This document shows, piece after piece, positions 49,637 through 58,360 of a stretch of DNA of 64,000 nucleotides (the stretch's first letter is position 1; each line of letters begins with the position of its first letter). Source of the DNA: an uncultured Desulfovibrionaceae bacterium (GTDB lineage: Bacteria > Desulfobacterota > Desulfovibrionia > Desulfovibrionales > Desulfovibrionaceae); contig CAYJAZ010000009.1 of the NCBI GenBank assembly GCA_964368455.1, forward strand, positions 14,941-78,940, written 5' to 3'. The notes under the pieces were generated by a model. It was not told the DNA's origin. It did no database searches and worked only from the letters and a program-made list of their open reading frames with translations. The position numbers and the translations under genes are program-made.

Positions 49637-49969
49637 TTAATTTTTATTTTTAACGTCTTTCTTTTTACAGTTAAAACCTAGCATAAGAAGCCCTCTTTCA
49701 AAGGATGTTTCGACTTCATTTGTGTCAATTTCCTCACTCAATTCAAGTTCTAAAGCAAAAATAGCAAGGCCAAATTCCATAGAAGATATTTTTTCATCAG
49801 CGTCAATATCTATATTCATTTCAGCCTTTACTAAAAGTAATTGCCCCTCTAGTTCAAGTTCGATTTCGTCTAATTCAACTGCTGGCAATTCAATACGAAG
49901 AAATATCTTGTCTTTTTTGACTATTGTTTCAACAACTGGAATGACTTTTTGTTTGTATATTTTTTTCAT
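49637..49969 (-). CDS. Short, divergent Hsp20/alpha-crystallin-like protein
   Basis: 110 aa. IFLRIELPAVELDEIELELEGQLLLVKAE ... FERGLLMLGF resembles an alpha-crystallin-domain core. It starts 1 nt after the upstream hsp20 stop. Confidence 0.45.
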   Translation of the reverse strand: MKKIYKQKVIPVVETIVKKDKIFLRIELPAVELDEIELELEGQLLLVKAEMNIDIDADEKISSMEFGLAIFALELELSEEIDTNEVETSFERGLLMLGFNCKKKDVKNKN

Positions 49970-49970
49970 A

Positions 49971-50417
49971 TCATTGTCTTTTTAAATTTATTTCATTATC
50001 AGCTTCTTCATTCTCTTCCATATCAAGAGCGATAATTTCAACTTTTTCAACACTTTTTTTCTGCAATTCAATAAAAAGTAAGCCATTTTTCAATTCAGCA
50101 TACACTTCTTCTTTTTCCACACAGTGTTCAAATGTATAGGCTCGCATAAAAGAAGAGGATAACACATGTTTACTCTTCTCATTTTGCTCATGAGCAAGTC
50201 CACCTTTCAATAAAAGCACATTATCTTTTATAGTAAGCGAAAAATCCTCTAAAGAAAAACCAGGCAAAAGTATTCTCAATCTATAGGCATGCTTTGTTTC
50301 ACTCATAATTGTTGGTGGGTAATAAGAAATATTTCTTTCCGACATTCTGTGCAAAGATGAATGAAAATATTCCATACTTGCTTGAATCTTATAAGAAAAT
50401 TGTTGATATTTCAGCAT
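49971..50417 (-). CDS. Hsp20-family small heat-shock protein
   Basis: Alpha-crystallin domain YRLRILLPGFSLEDFSLTIKDNVLLLKG...F.R.Y.F...V......AELKNGLLFIEL. I chose the ATG at 50417 (SD ggaag 4 nt upstream) over the TTG at 50528. Confidence 0.75.
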   Translation of the reverse strand: MLKYQQFSYKIQASMEYFHSSLHRMSERNISYYPPTIMSETKHAYRLRILLPGFSLEDFSLTIKDNVLLLKGGLAHEQNEKSKHVLSSSFMRAYTFEHCVEKEEVYAELKNGLLFIELQKKSVEKVEIIALDMEENEEADNEINLKRQ

Positions 50418-50581
50418 AAATCTTCCAAAATCATTTGATTTCACCTTTTTTCTTTGAAAAAAATTTAGCAATTTCCAACTGCCATTTTTTTCTCTTCTAT
50501 AAAAACATATTTGACGTGTGCTATGCAATTATTTTACACTCTCTTTAGAAAAAAATATCTCTACTACTATTATAGGAAAGA

Positions 50582-51877
50582 ATGAAATACTACATACAGA
50601 ATTTTGGCTGTAAAGTAAGCCAATACGAAAGCCAAGCCATGCGTGAAGCATGGCAAAGAAAATATAATGCACAAGAAGTAGAATCGCCTGATGAAGCCGA
50701 TTTACTCTGTATTGCCTCCTGTGCAGTCACACGTGAAGGCGTCACAGATGCCAGACAACTCTGCAATAAATGGCGAAAAAACTTTCAAGACAAGCATATC
50801 ATTGTCACAGGTTGTGCCGTTGAAATAGCAAAAGAAGACTTTAGCCAAGCAAATGCCTCTATCACACAAAAAATAAGGCATATTCTCTTAGAAAAAAATC
50901 CATTAGAGCTACAAGGCTATCACGCCCACGACAAAAAATTAGAATATCCGCCCTTTGAAATACAATCTTTCAAAAGATCACGAGCTGTTGTCAAAGTGCA
51001 AGAAGGTTGTTCGCATCTCTGCTCTTATTGCATTGTTCCCTACACAAGAGGCCCTTCACGTTCAAGGCCATTAGAAAACATCCTTCTTGAAGTAGAAAGA
51101 TTACTTGAAAATGGTTTCAGAGAATTAGTCCTTTCCGGTATAAATCTCAGGCAATACAATTATAATTCTCTAGATTTTTGGGATGTATTAAACGCCCTGC
51201 AAGAAAAATTTGCTGCAAAATGGGAGAATAAAGCACGTTTTCGTCTCAGCTCTCTTGAACCAGCACAATTAAATAATAAAGGTATACAAACACTCACTGC
51301 AACAAAACTCATTGCTCCGCATCTACACCTTTCCTTACAATCTGGCTCGCAATCCGTATTAGAAAGAATGCGTAGAGAGCATTACAGTCTTGAAAGTGTG
51401 CAAAAAAATCTTGAAAAATTACAAGATAAATGGCCGCTCTTTGCATTAGGTGCTGATTTTCTCATGGGCTTTCCAGAAGAAAGTACAGATGAATTTTCAC
51501 AAACAATGGATTTTATAAAAAATATCCCACTCACCTACGCACACGTCTTTTCATTTTCCTCAAGGCCTGGCACCCTAGCCGCAAAAATGCCACAATTAGA
51601 AAAACAAGTAAAACAAGAAAGAGCAGCAAAAGTAAGAGCATTAATCGCAGAAAAACAACTCAACTTCCTTGATAAACTTCTTATTCAAAACACAAACAGC
51701 CTCTATCTTTCCTTTGATATGCACGACAATGAAGATAAGCTCTACTATGAAGGTATTGATCAATACTACAATTCATGCAAACTTGAAACAAATACAAAAT
51801 TAAACAAAGAATTACACAAAGCAAAAGCAATCAAAAGAGAAGCAAATAAGCTTATCGTTGAATTAGAGCGATTATAA
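50582..51877 (+). CDS. mtaB: MiaB-family radical SAM tRNA methylthiotransferase, MtaB-like
   Basis: N-terminal UPF0004 Cys pattern (NFGCKVSQYES ... ASCAVT ... TGCA) and rSAM motif EGCSHLCSYC. Confidence 0.75.
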   Translation: MKYYIQNFGCKVSQYESQAMREAWQRKYNAQEVESPDEADLLCIASCAVTREGVTDARQLCNKWRKNFQDKHIIVTGCAVEIAKEDFSQANASITQKIRHILLEKNPLELQGYHAHDKKLEYPPFEIQSFKRSRAVVKVQEGCSHLCSYCIVPYTRGPSRSRPLENILLEVERLLENGFRELVLSGINLRQYNYNSLDFWDVLNALQEKFAAKWENKARFRLSSLEPAQLNNKGIQTLTATKLIAPHLHLSLQSGSQSVLERMRREHYSLESVQKNLEKLQDKWPLFALGADFLMGFPEESTDEFSQTMDFIKNIPLTYAHVFSFSSRPGTLAAKMPQLEKQVKQERAAKVRALIAEKQLNFLDKLLIQNTNSLYLSFDMHDNEDKLYYEGIDQYYNSCKLETNTKLNKELHKAKAIKREANKLIVELERL

Positions 51878-51896
51878 GCCTCCTATGTCTTCGACA

Positions 51897-52184
51897 GTTT
51901 TTTTTGCCTCCGGCGGCCAAAGAGAAAGTAAAGCTGTTTTTTTTGCCTCCGGCGGCCAAAGGAAATAATTTCCTTTGGAAACCTTTATATGCAAGGTAAG
52001 CACATAAGAGATTAATTTAAATCGATTTTTAGAATCCGAAAAAGTTTTAAGCTGACGCTTAAATACTTTTTCGAGTTAAAATCTGTTTGCTAAAGATTTT
52101 TTTTATTTGTTCAATAGCTGTAATTGGAATAGCCTTGACTCGTCATTGCGAGAAGCTCACACAGTGAGCGACGTGGCAATCTAT
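51897..52184 (+). repeat. Modular intergenic repeat, copy A (forward), with a 26-bp tandem duplication of its first module
   Basis: gttttttttgcctccggcggccaaag occurs at 51897-51922 and 51936-51961. Palindrome ccaaaggaaat-a-atttcctttgg is at 51956-51978. The long hairpin is at 52037-52073. The cgtcattgcgag...gcgacgtggcaatctat module is at 52141-52184. All of these are shared with 55642-56275. Confidence 0.9.
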
Positions 52185-52376
52185 AATAAAGAAAATTTTA
52201 TTTAAAGCATTTTATGCTTGAATAATTCTAGATTCTCGCAAAGCGTGAAAAAAATTAAGTACATTAATTCAAATACATCTTTTAAAGCAAAAATTTCTTT
52301 ACTTGCAATATAAAATTTTCGTTGTTATTTAATCCTATCTACTTTTTGAGTTAAATTTTTCTAACAGGTCTTCTAC

Positions 52377-53594
52377 ATGCGATTTGATACTCTCTCACTC
52401 TTTTTTCAATCATTAATTGTATGGTTTAAAAACATACATCTACCTAAAAACATACCCTCATTAATTTCACGTTCTATCAAAGAATTATTGAAAAAAAACA
52501 ATGTAAGATATGCTGTAAAAACAGCTCTTTCCATACTTCTATCTTATTTAGTGGCACTTTTTATTTCTGATAGATACGCTTTTTGGGCGCCTATTTCTGC
52601 AATCATTGTCATGCAAATCAGCGTTGCAGCTTCCATTGAATCTAGCCTTGATAGAATATTAGGCTCTTTTTACGGTGCTGTTCTCGGCCTTATCGCCTTT
52701 TATATCACTCCACCAGAACTCTATGCCACTTCCCTCGGACTTTTCTTAGTTTCTATTCTCTGTGCCTCACTTCTTTTAATAAATCCACGCTACAGGCTTG
52801 CAGGCATTGTCGCTATCTCTGTTTTTCTCAATGAACAAGGAGACATCAAAGGCCTTGAATTTGCTTGGGTTTTCTTATTGCTTATTTGTGTTGGAATTGT
52901 TGTTTCTATGCTTGTTTCAGTCTTTTTATGGCCTATCTCAGGTGCGGAAAAACTTCGACAATCTCTCAAAAAGCAATATTTCATGTCTGCTGATCATCTT
53001 GAACATATCACTAGGTATTTTCTTAAAGAACACAGTCATTTACCACCAAGTATTCTAGACTCATTACACGATTCTATTTCTGCAAATAGAGCTGAACACA
53101 GATTAGTCAAAGAATACGAAGCAATCAATATTTCAAGTCAATACAGAGAATTAGACTTGCTTATCACAGGCTTGGAACAAATTCGTGTATATCTTTCTTC
53201 GCTTTTAGATGCATTAGATAGCGAAGCCGAAGATATTGAAAAACTTCCAATGACTGAAGAATTAATGGCACTTTCCACTTCTGCTGCTTCTGGCTTGCGC
53301 TGGATTGCCTCACATTCAGAGGGCCAGCAATTACCCGAAGTGCGTTGGTATATCGAAGCAACTTCAATTAAGCTTGCAGATCTTTTAAAAGAACACGAAT
53401 TACTCGATCTTTCAGCCGATCAATTAGCGCAAATTTTCTCTTTCTACAATGCAATGAACCATTTAGCTGAAACTGTTGCGAATCTTGAAGAACAAACAGA
53501 AATTGTCACTTCACAAAATAGAAATAAAACTCGTCGATCAAGATTAAAAACCTTCCTCAGAAGACTACACTTCCAAAAACTTTTCAAAAAATAA
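52377..53594 (+). CDS. FUSC/ArAE-family integral membrane protein (putative exporter)
   Basis: 405 aa. N-terminal multi-TM region with VKTALSILLSYLVALF...FWAPISAIIVMQ...DRILGSFYGAVLG, then a helical cytoplasmic C-terminal domain. Confidence 0.5.
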   Translation: MRFDTLSLFFQSLIVWFKNIHLPKNIPSLISRSIKELLKKNNVRYAVKTALSILLSYLVALFISDRYAFWAPISAIIVMQISVAASIESSLDRILGSFYGAVLGLIAFYITPPELYATSLGLFLVSILCASLLLINPRYRLAGIVAISVFLNEQGDIKGLEFAWVFLLLICVGIVVSMLVSVFLWPISGAEKLRQSLKKQYFMSADHLEHITRYFLKEHSHLPPSILDSLHDSISANRAEHRLVKEYEAINISSQYRELDLLITGLEQIRVYLSSLLDALDSEAEDIEKLPMTEELMALSTSAASGLRWIASHSEGQQLPEVRWYIEATSIKLADLLKEHELLDLSADQLAQIFSFYNAMNHLAETVANLEEQTEIVTSQNRNKTRRSRLKTFLRRLHFQKLFKK

Positions 53595-53595
53595 T

Positions 53596-54564
53596 ATGTT
53601 AGAATTTAATACATCACATCCATGGCTTGCCCCACTTGCCGGTTATAGCGATCTTGCCATGAGATTATTATGCAATAAATACGGGGCAAAAGTATGCGTC
53701 ACCGAAATGGTAAGTGCTAAAGGCATTGTCTATGGCGGCAAAAACACACAATATTTGCTAAAAACTTCAGCAGACGATAAAAATGTTATTGTACAACTCT
53801 TTGGTAACGAACCACAATTTCTCGCAGAAGCAATAGCACGCATTCAAGAGCAAGGTTTTGAATATTTCGATATAAATATGGGTTGTTCCGTTCCAAAAGT
53901 TGTAAAAACTGGTGCCGGTGCTGCCATGCTCAAAGATGTCGATAATTTACTTCACTGTGCAGAAGCCGTAATAAAGCAAAGCAATAAAAAAGTAGGTTTC
54001 AAATTCAGACTTGGCTATGAAATGCACAATACAATGTATAAAGAATTTGTGCCAGCACTCTGCGATATGGGAGCTCTCTATCTAGCTCTGCATCCACGCT
54101 TTGCAAGACAACTTTTCACAGGAAAAGCCAATTGGCAAGCACTAGCCGAACTCAAAGAACTCGCAACTGTGCCCGTCATCGCATCTGGCGACCTGCTAAG
54201 TGCACAAGATGCCATCGATTGCATAAAGCAAACTAAGGTTGACAGCGTCATGTTTGCACGTGGTGCTTTAGCAAATCCAGCTGTTTTTTCCGAATACCAC
54301 GCTCTTTTAAATAATGAAGATGTGCCTACAAGAACTTTAGACGACGCCTATGCAATGATTTTCTATTATTCCAATCTATGTAAAGAACATTTCCCAGACA
54401 GAGCTTTAGTCAGAATGCGAACATTTGTACCTAGAATAATACATTATTTCCACAATGTATCGCATCTAAGAAAGGCCATTATTGCTGCAAATTCATGGGA
54501 AGAATTTTATTCTGTCATGCACACTTTTTACACTCTACAAACAGGAAAAGAATATGTCCAATAA
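53596..54564 (+). CDS. tRNA-dihydrouridine synthase (Dus family)
   Basis: LAPLAGYSD..MR, VTEMVSAKG, QLFG, DINMGCSVPKV, HPR strings. The A/B/C subtype is not resolved. Confidence 0.85.
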   Translation: MLEFNTSHPWLAPLAGYSDLAMRLLCNKYGAKVCVTEMVSAKGIVYGGKNTQYLLKTSADDKNVIVQLFGNEPQFLAEAIARIQEQGFEYFDINMGCSVPKVVKTGAGAAMLKDVDNLLHCAEAVIKQSNKKVGFKFRLGYEMHNTMYKEFVPALCDMGALYLALHPRFARQLFTGKANWQALAELKELATVPVIASGDLLSAQDAIDCIKQTKVDSVMFARGALANPAVFSEYHALLNNEDVPTRTLDDAYAMIFYYSNLCKEHFPDRALVRMRTFVPRIIHYFHNVSHLRKAIIAANSWEEFYSVMHTFYTLQTGKEYVQ

Positions 54565-55630
54565 TAACACTCAAAAAATTGATCTCCTTTCTTTTTCTTT
54601 CGAAGAATTAGAAGCATACATTGTTTCAGAATTGAAACAACCTAAATTTCGTGCCAAGCAATTATGGGAATGGTTGTGGAAAAAAAACATTTCTTCTTTT
54701 GATGAAATGACTTCATTATCCAAAGATTTCAGACAAATACTCTCTGAAAAAGCTCAAATAATAAAGCTCACCCTTGTCGATAAACAAGAGTCCACAGATG
54801 GAACAATAAAATTTCTGCTCGCCCTGCCAGACAATGAACTCATAGAAACCGTACTCATTCCATCCTACGATAGAGAAGGCAAAAAACGCATAACACAATG
54901 TATCTCTTGCCAAGTTGGCTGTGCTATGGCTTGCACTTTTTGCAGTACAGGAACACTTGGTTTCACACGTAATATGACAATGGGCGAAATATTAGGGCAA
55001 ATTCAATTCACAAGAAATTATCTTGACGATAACGATCCCTCACATCCAATCATCAGAAATATCGTCTATATGGGTATGGGCGAACCCCTGCTCAACTTAC
55101 AAAATACTATAAAATCATTACAAACTCTCAACCACGATCTCGGCCTCGCTTTCTCGCCACGTAGAATCACAGTTTCCACATGCGGTATAGAAAAAGGACT
55201 TGAAGAACTCAGCGATAGCGGCCTTTCTTATCTAGCTATCTCACTTCACGCATCAAACCAAAATCTACGTGAAAAACTTATGCCAAAAGCAGCAAAAGCA
55301 TGGCACCTCAACGATCTTGTCAATAGTCTAGCTGACTATAAACTCAAATCAAGAGAGCGTATCACACTAGAATATCTCCTCATTGGCGAAGTGAACGATT
55401 CCATCGAAGATGCAAAAGAATTAGTGCGAATATGTTCCTATCTCAAAGCAAAAGTAAACCTCATTCCATACAATGAAACTCCACATTCAAAGTATACAGC
55501 TCCAAGTCAAGAAAGATTAAGAGCTTTTCAAGAATATCTCAACGAAAAAAGAATTGTCGCCGTCTTCAGAAAAAGTAAAGGTGCCGACATTGCCGCCGCT
55601 TGCGGTCAGCTCAAAGCAGAACAAATGTAA
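54554..55630 (+). CDS. rlmN: 23S rRNA/tRNA (adenine-C2)-methyltransferase RlmN (radical SAM)
   Basis: PKFRAKQLWEWLW, CISCQVGCAMACTFCSTG, MGMGEPL, the C-terminal ACGQL. I chose the ATG at 54554 (11-nt overlap with dus) over the ORF-track start 54482. Confidence 0.9.
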   Translation: MSNNNTQKIDLLSFSFEELEAYIVSELKQPKFRAKQLWEWLWKKNISSFDEMTSLSKDFRQILSEKAQIIKLTLVDKQESTDGTIKFLLALPDNELIETVLIPSYDREGKKRITQCISCQVGCAMACTFCSTGTLGFTRNMTMGEILGQIQFTRNYLDDNDPSHPIIRNIVYMGMGEPLLNLQNTIKSLQTLNHDLGLAFSPRRITVSTCGIEKGLEELSDSGLSYLAISLHASNQNLREKLMPKAAKAWHLNDLVNSLADYKLKSRERITLEYLLIGEVNDSIEDAKELVRICSYLKAKVNLIPYNETPHSKYTAPSQERLRAFQEYLNEKRIVAVFRKSKGADIAAACGQLKAEQM

Positions 55631-55641
55631 AGCGAGAAAGA

Positions 55642-55870
55642 TTTTGCCTCCGGCGGGCAAAGGGAATAATTCCCTTTGCAAACCCTAGTATGCAAAGGGA
55701 GTGCGTAGGGGGTTAACTGAAGAAGTTAAAATTTATTTTTTTATTTGCGAAAAAGTTTTAAGGGTGAAAGACTAGCGTCTCTCACCCTTAAATACTGTTT
55801 CGCTTTAAAATAGTGGAATAGTAAGATAGCATAAAACAAGTTGCCATTTGTCACTGTGTTCCAAATGTGA
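55642..55870 (+). repeat. Modular intergenic repeat, copy L (forward)
   Basis: ttttgcctccggcgg, then palindrome gcaaagggaat-a-attccctttgc (55657-55679), tatgcaaaggg-agtgcgtaggg, the long hairpin at 55747-55803, and the catttgtcact..gttccaaatgtga module at about 55843-55870. Confidence 0.9.
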
Positions 55871-55947
55871 ATAAAGCATTAAATTCCCACCTCTAAAGCT
55901 TACTCAGCTGTTCAAAACAATAAATGTAAATAAAAAAAAGAAAAAAC

Positions 55948-56275
55948 ATAGATTGCCACGTCGCTATGCTCCTCGCAATGACGAGGCTAATATATTTCTT
56001 TCAGGACTTTCGATTTTACTACTCTTACATTGCACAAAATAATGAAATCACATTTGGAACGTAGTGACAAATGCTAACTTAATCTCAATTAGAATTAATT
56101 TACACCCATTTTAAAGCGAAACAGTATTTAATGTTTTGATGCGAAGCAACAAAACTTTAAAACTTTTTCGCAAATAAAAAAATAAAACAAAATTCCAAGC
56201 AACACCCTACGCACTCACCTTGCATATAAAGGTTTCCAAAGGAAATTATTTCCTTTGGCCGCCGGAGGCAACAAA
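55948..56275 (-). repeat. Modular intergenic repeat, copy R (reverse orientation, tail-to-tail with copy L)
   Basis: The reverse complement carries the same modules in the same order: palindrome 56236-56258, hairpin 56116-56171, catttgtcact module 56048-56077. It also has the cattgcgaggagcatagcgacgtggcaatctat module (55948-55982). Confidence 0.9.
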
Positions 56276-56285
56276 ACAATAAAAA

Positions 56286-56323
56286 CAAAAAAAGAGCCAT
56301 ACTTTCGCGTGGCTCTTTTTTTA
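56286..56323 (-). terminator. Terminator of the TRAP dctQM gene (bidirectional shape)
   Basis: agagcca-N10-tggctct flanked by an A-run and a T-run, 15 nt after the stop at 56338. Confidence 0.65.
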
Positions 56324-56337
56324 TTTTATTTTCTTTA

Positions 56338-58224
56338 TTAGTTTACAAATATTAGTGGTAGTGCTGGTATATATGTGATGAGTAGGAGCACTGCGATCAT
56401 AATTGCGAGTAATGGTACGATTGCTACTGAGAGCTCTGAAATCTTAGATTTTGTGATAGAGCTAGCAACGAAGAGGTTAACACCAACAGGCGGAGTTACG
56501 AAACCAATCGCGAGGTTAACAACCATGATAATACCGAAGTGAACTGGATCTACGCCAAGTTTTGTCACAATTGGTAGTAAGACAGGTGTAAGGATAACGA
56601 TAGCGGCAAGTGCTTCCATGAATGTACCTACAAAGAGTAGGAACACGTTGATGATGAGTAAGATAAGTATTTTATTTTCTGTGAATGCTAGTATAGCTCT
56701 TGCTATTGTTTCTGGCACTTGTTCGATAGTCATGATATTACCAAACAAAGTTGCGAGTGCGATGAGTATGATAATTGAACCTGAGGAGGTTGCTGATTCA
56801 CCTAGATATGCCCAAAGGCTTTTGAGTGAAAGTTCTCTATAAAGGAATACGCCAGCGATAAGTCCGTAGAATGCAGCAACAGCGGCAGCTTCGGTTGGTG
56901 TCATGATTCCGCCATAGATACCACCGAGCACGATGATTGGAACTAAGAGAGCCCATTTTGCATTCCACAATGCTTTGACGAGTAATGCTGGGCTTTTTTC
57001 TTTTTCTTCACCCATCCATCCTTTTCTTTTCGCGTAGAAATAGGTGAACACCATGAGTGCTATACCTGTTAATAGGCCAGGAACGATACCGCCCATGAAG
57101 AGCTTACCAATGGATTGGTTTGAAGTGATACCATAGATAACAAATGGATTTGAAGGTGGAATCATAACGCCGATAGCACCAGCAGCGGCAACGACAGCTC
57201 CTGAGAAGAATTTATCATAACCACGTTCAATCATGGCAGGAATTGTGATCATACCGATAGCGGCAACGGTTGCAGGTCCTGATCCAGAGATAGCGGCAAA
57301 GAACATACTTGCACCAATACTTACAAGAGCGATACCGCCTGGCAAGTCGCCGAGCATATAGTCAGCAAGGTCGAGTAATCTTTTTGAAAGGCCGCCACCG
57401 CCCATTAATACGCCAGCAGCGATAAAGAATGGTATAGCCATGGTTGGCATGGAGTCGATAGCTGTGAATGGAGTTTGAGCTATATAGATAAGTGGTAAGG
57501 ATTCAGCACCGATGATTGTTGCTAATGTTGCCAAACCAAGACAAATCGCGATTGGCACGCCCAAGAAGAGCATGATAAGAAAATAGCCAAACAAGAGTGT
57601 GAGCACGCTGAAATCGTCGTATAAGAAAATCGGACATGCAAGTATTGCAAAAGCAATAATACCGATGATCATATCTACAAAGCCAGATTCTTTGAATTGT
57701 CTGTAGAAATCTTGTAATAAACGTATCATCATAAGGCCAAAGCTGAGTGGCAATATGAAATAAGGTATATAATATGGTATTTGCATAGCTGCTGTGAGCT
57801 GCTTGAATTGGTATTGCTTTTGTAGATATTCAATACTTGTATTGAATATTGTTGCGGCAAGAGCAAAGAAAGCTAAATCAACAACAAACCATGAAATACC
57901 TTGTACTCTAGGTGATAATCTGTCGTAAATAATATCAACGCGGATATTGTTACGCAGTTGGATTGTGAGTGGAATGGCCATATAGGTTGACCAAATAAAC
58001 ATAAAACGTGCTAATTCTTCTGTCCAAATTGGCACTGAAAAATCAGGAAAAAATTTTGAGAATATGTATCTGCCTAAAGATTGGTATACAATAAGTGCTA
58101 TTGCACCTACTAAACCAAAAATCATAAAAGGTTTTTCAAAATTATGATTGAGAAATGATAATATTGAAGTTTCTTTCACTTCTTCTGGAATAAGAAATGG
58201 ATTGTTTTCTAATTGATCACTCAT
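56338..58224 (-). CDS. TRAP transporter fused small/large permease (DctQ-DctM fusion)
   Basis: 628 aa. A DctQ-like N-terminal region of about 170 aa is followed by a DctM-like body (GIALVSIGASMFFAAISGSG, GVMIPPS). Confidence 0.85.
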   Translation of the reverse strand: MSDQLENNPFLIPEEVKETSILSFLNHNFEKPFMIFGLVGAIALIVYQSLGRYIFSKFFPDFSVPIWTEELARFMFIWSTYMAIPLTIQLRNNIRVDIIYDRLSPRVQGISWFVVDLAFFALAATIFNTSIEYLQKQYQFKQLTAAMQIPYYIPYFILPLSFGLMMIRLLQDFYRQFKESGFVDMIIGIIAFAILACPIFLYDDFSVLTLLFGYFLIMLFLGVPIAICLGLATLATIIGAESLPLIYIAQTPFTAIDSMPTMAIPFFIAAGVLMGGGGLSKRLLDLADYMLGDLPGGIALVSIGASMFFAAISGSGPATVAAIGMITIPAMIERGYDKFFSGAVVAAAGAIGVMIPPSNPFVIYGITSNQSIGKLFMGGIVPGLLTGIALMVFTYFYAKRKGWMGEEKEKSPALLVKALWNAKWALLVPIIVLGGIYGGIMTPTEAAAVAAFYGLIAGVFLYRELSLKSLWAYLGESATSSGSIIILIALATLFGNIMTIEQVPETIARAILAFTENKILILLIINVFLLFVGTFMEALAAIVILTPVLLPIVTKLGVDPVHFGIIMVVNLAIGFVTPPVGVNLFVASSITKSKISELSVAIVPLLAIMIAVLLLITYIPALPLIFVN

Positions 58225-58360
58225 AACTACTCTCCCCCTTCTGAGTATTTGCTTAATTTATTTTTTACAATAAACTTTGTATACAATACATTTATCCCAT
58301 ACAGATTATAAAATCTATCATATAAGAGCATACAAAGAAGCAATGTCAATTTTATTTGAT

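Noticed and set aside
51897-51961. A direct 26-bp repeat with a 13-bp spacer, which looked at first like the start of a CRISPR array.
   Set aside because: There are only two units, the spacer is far too short, there are no cas genes, and the unit is module 1 of the larger intergenic repeat family.
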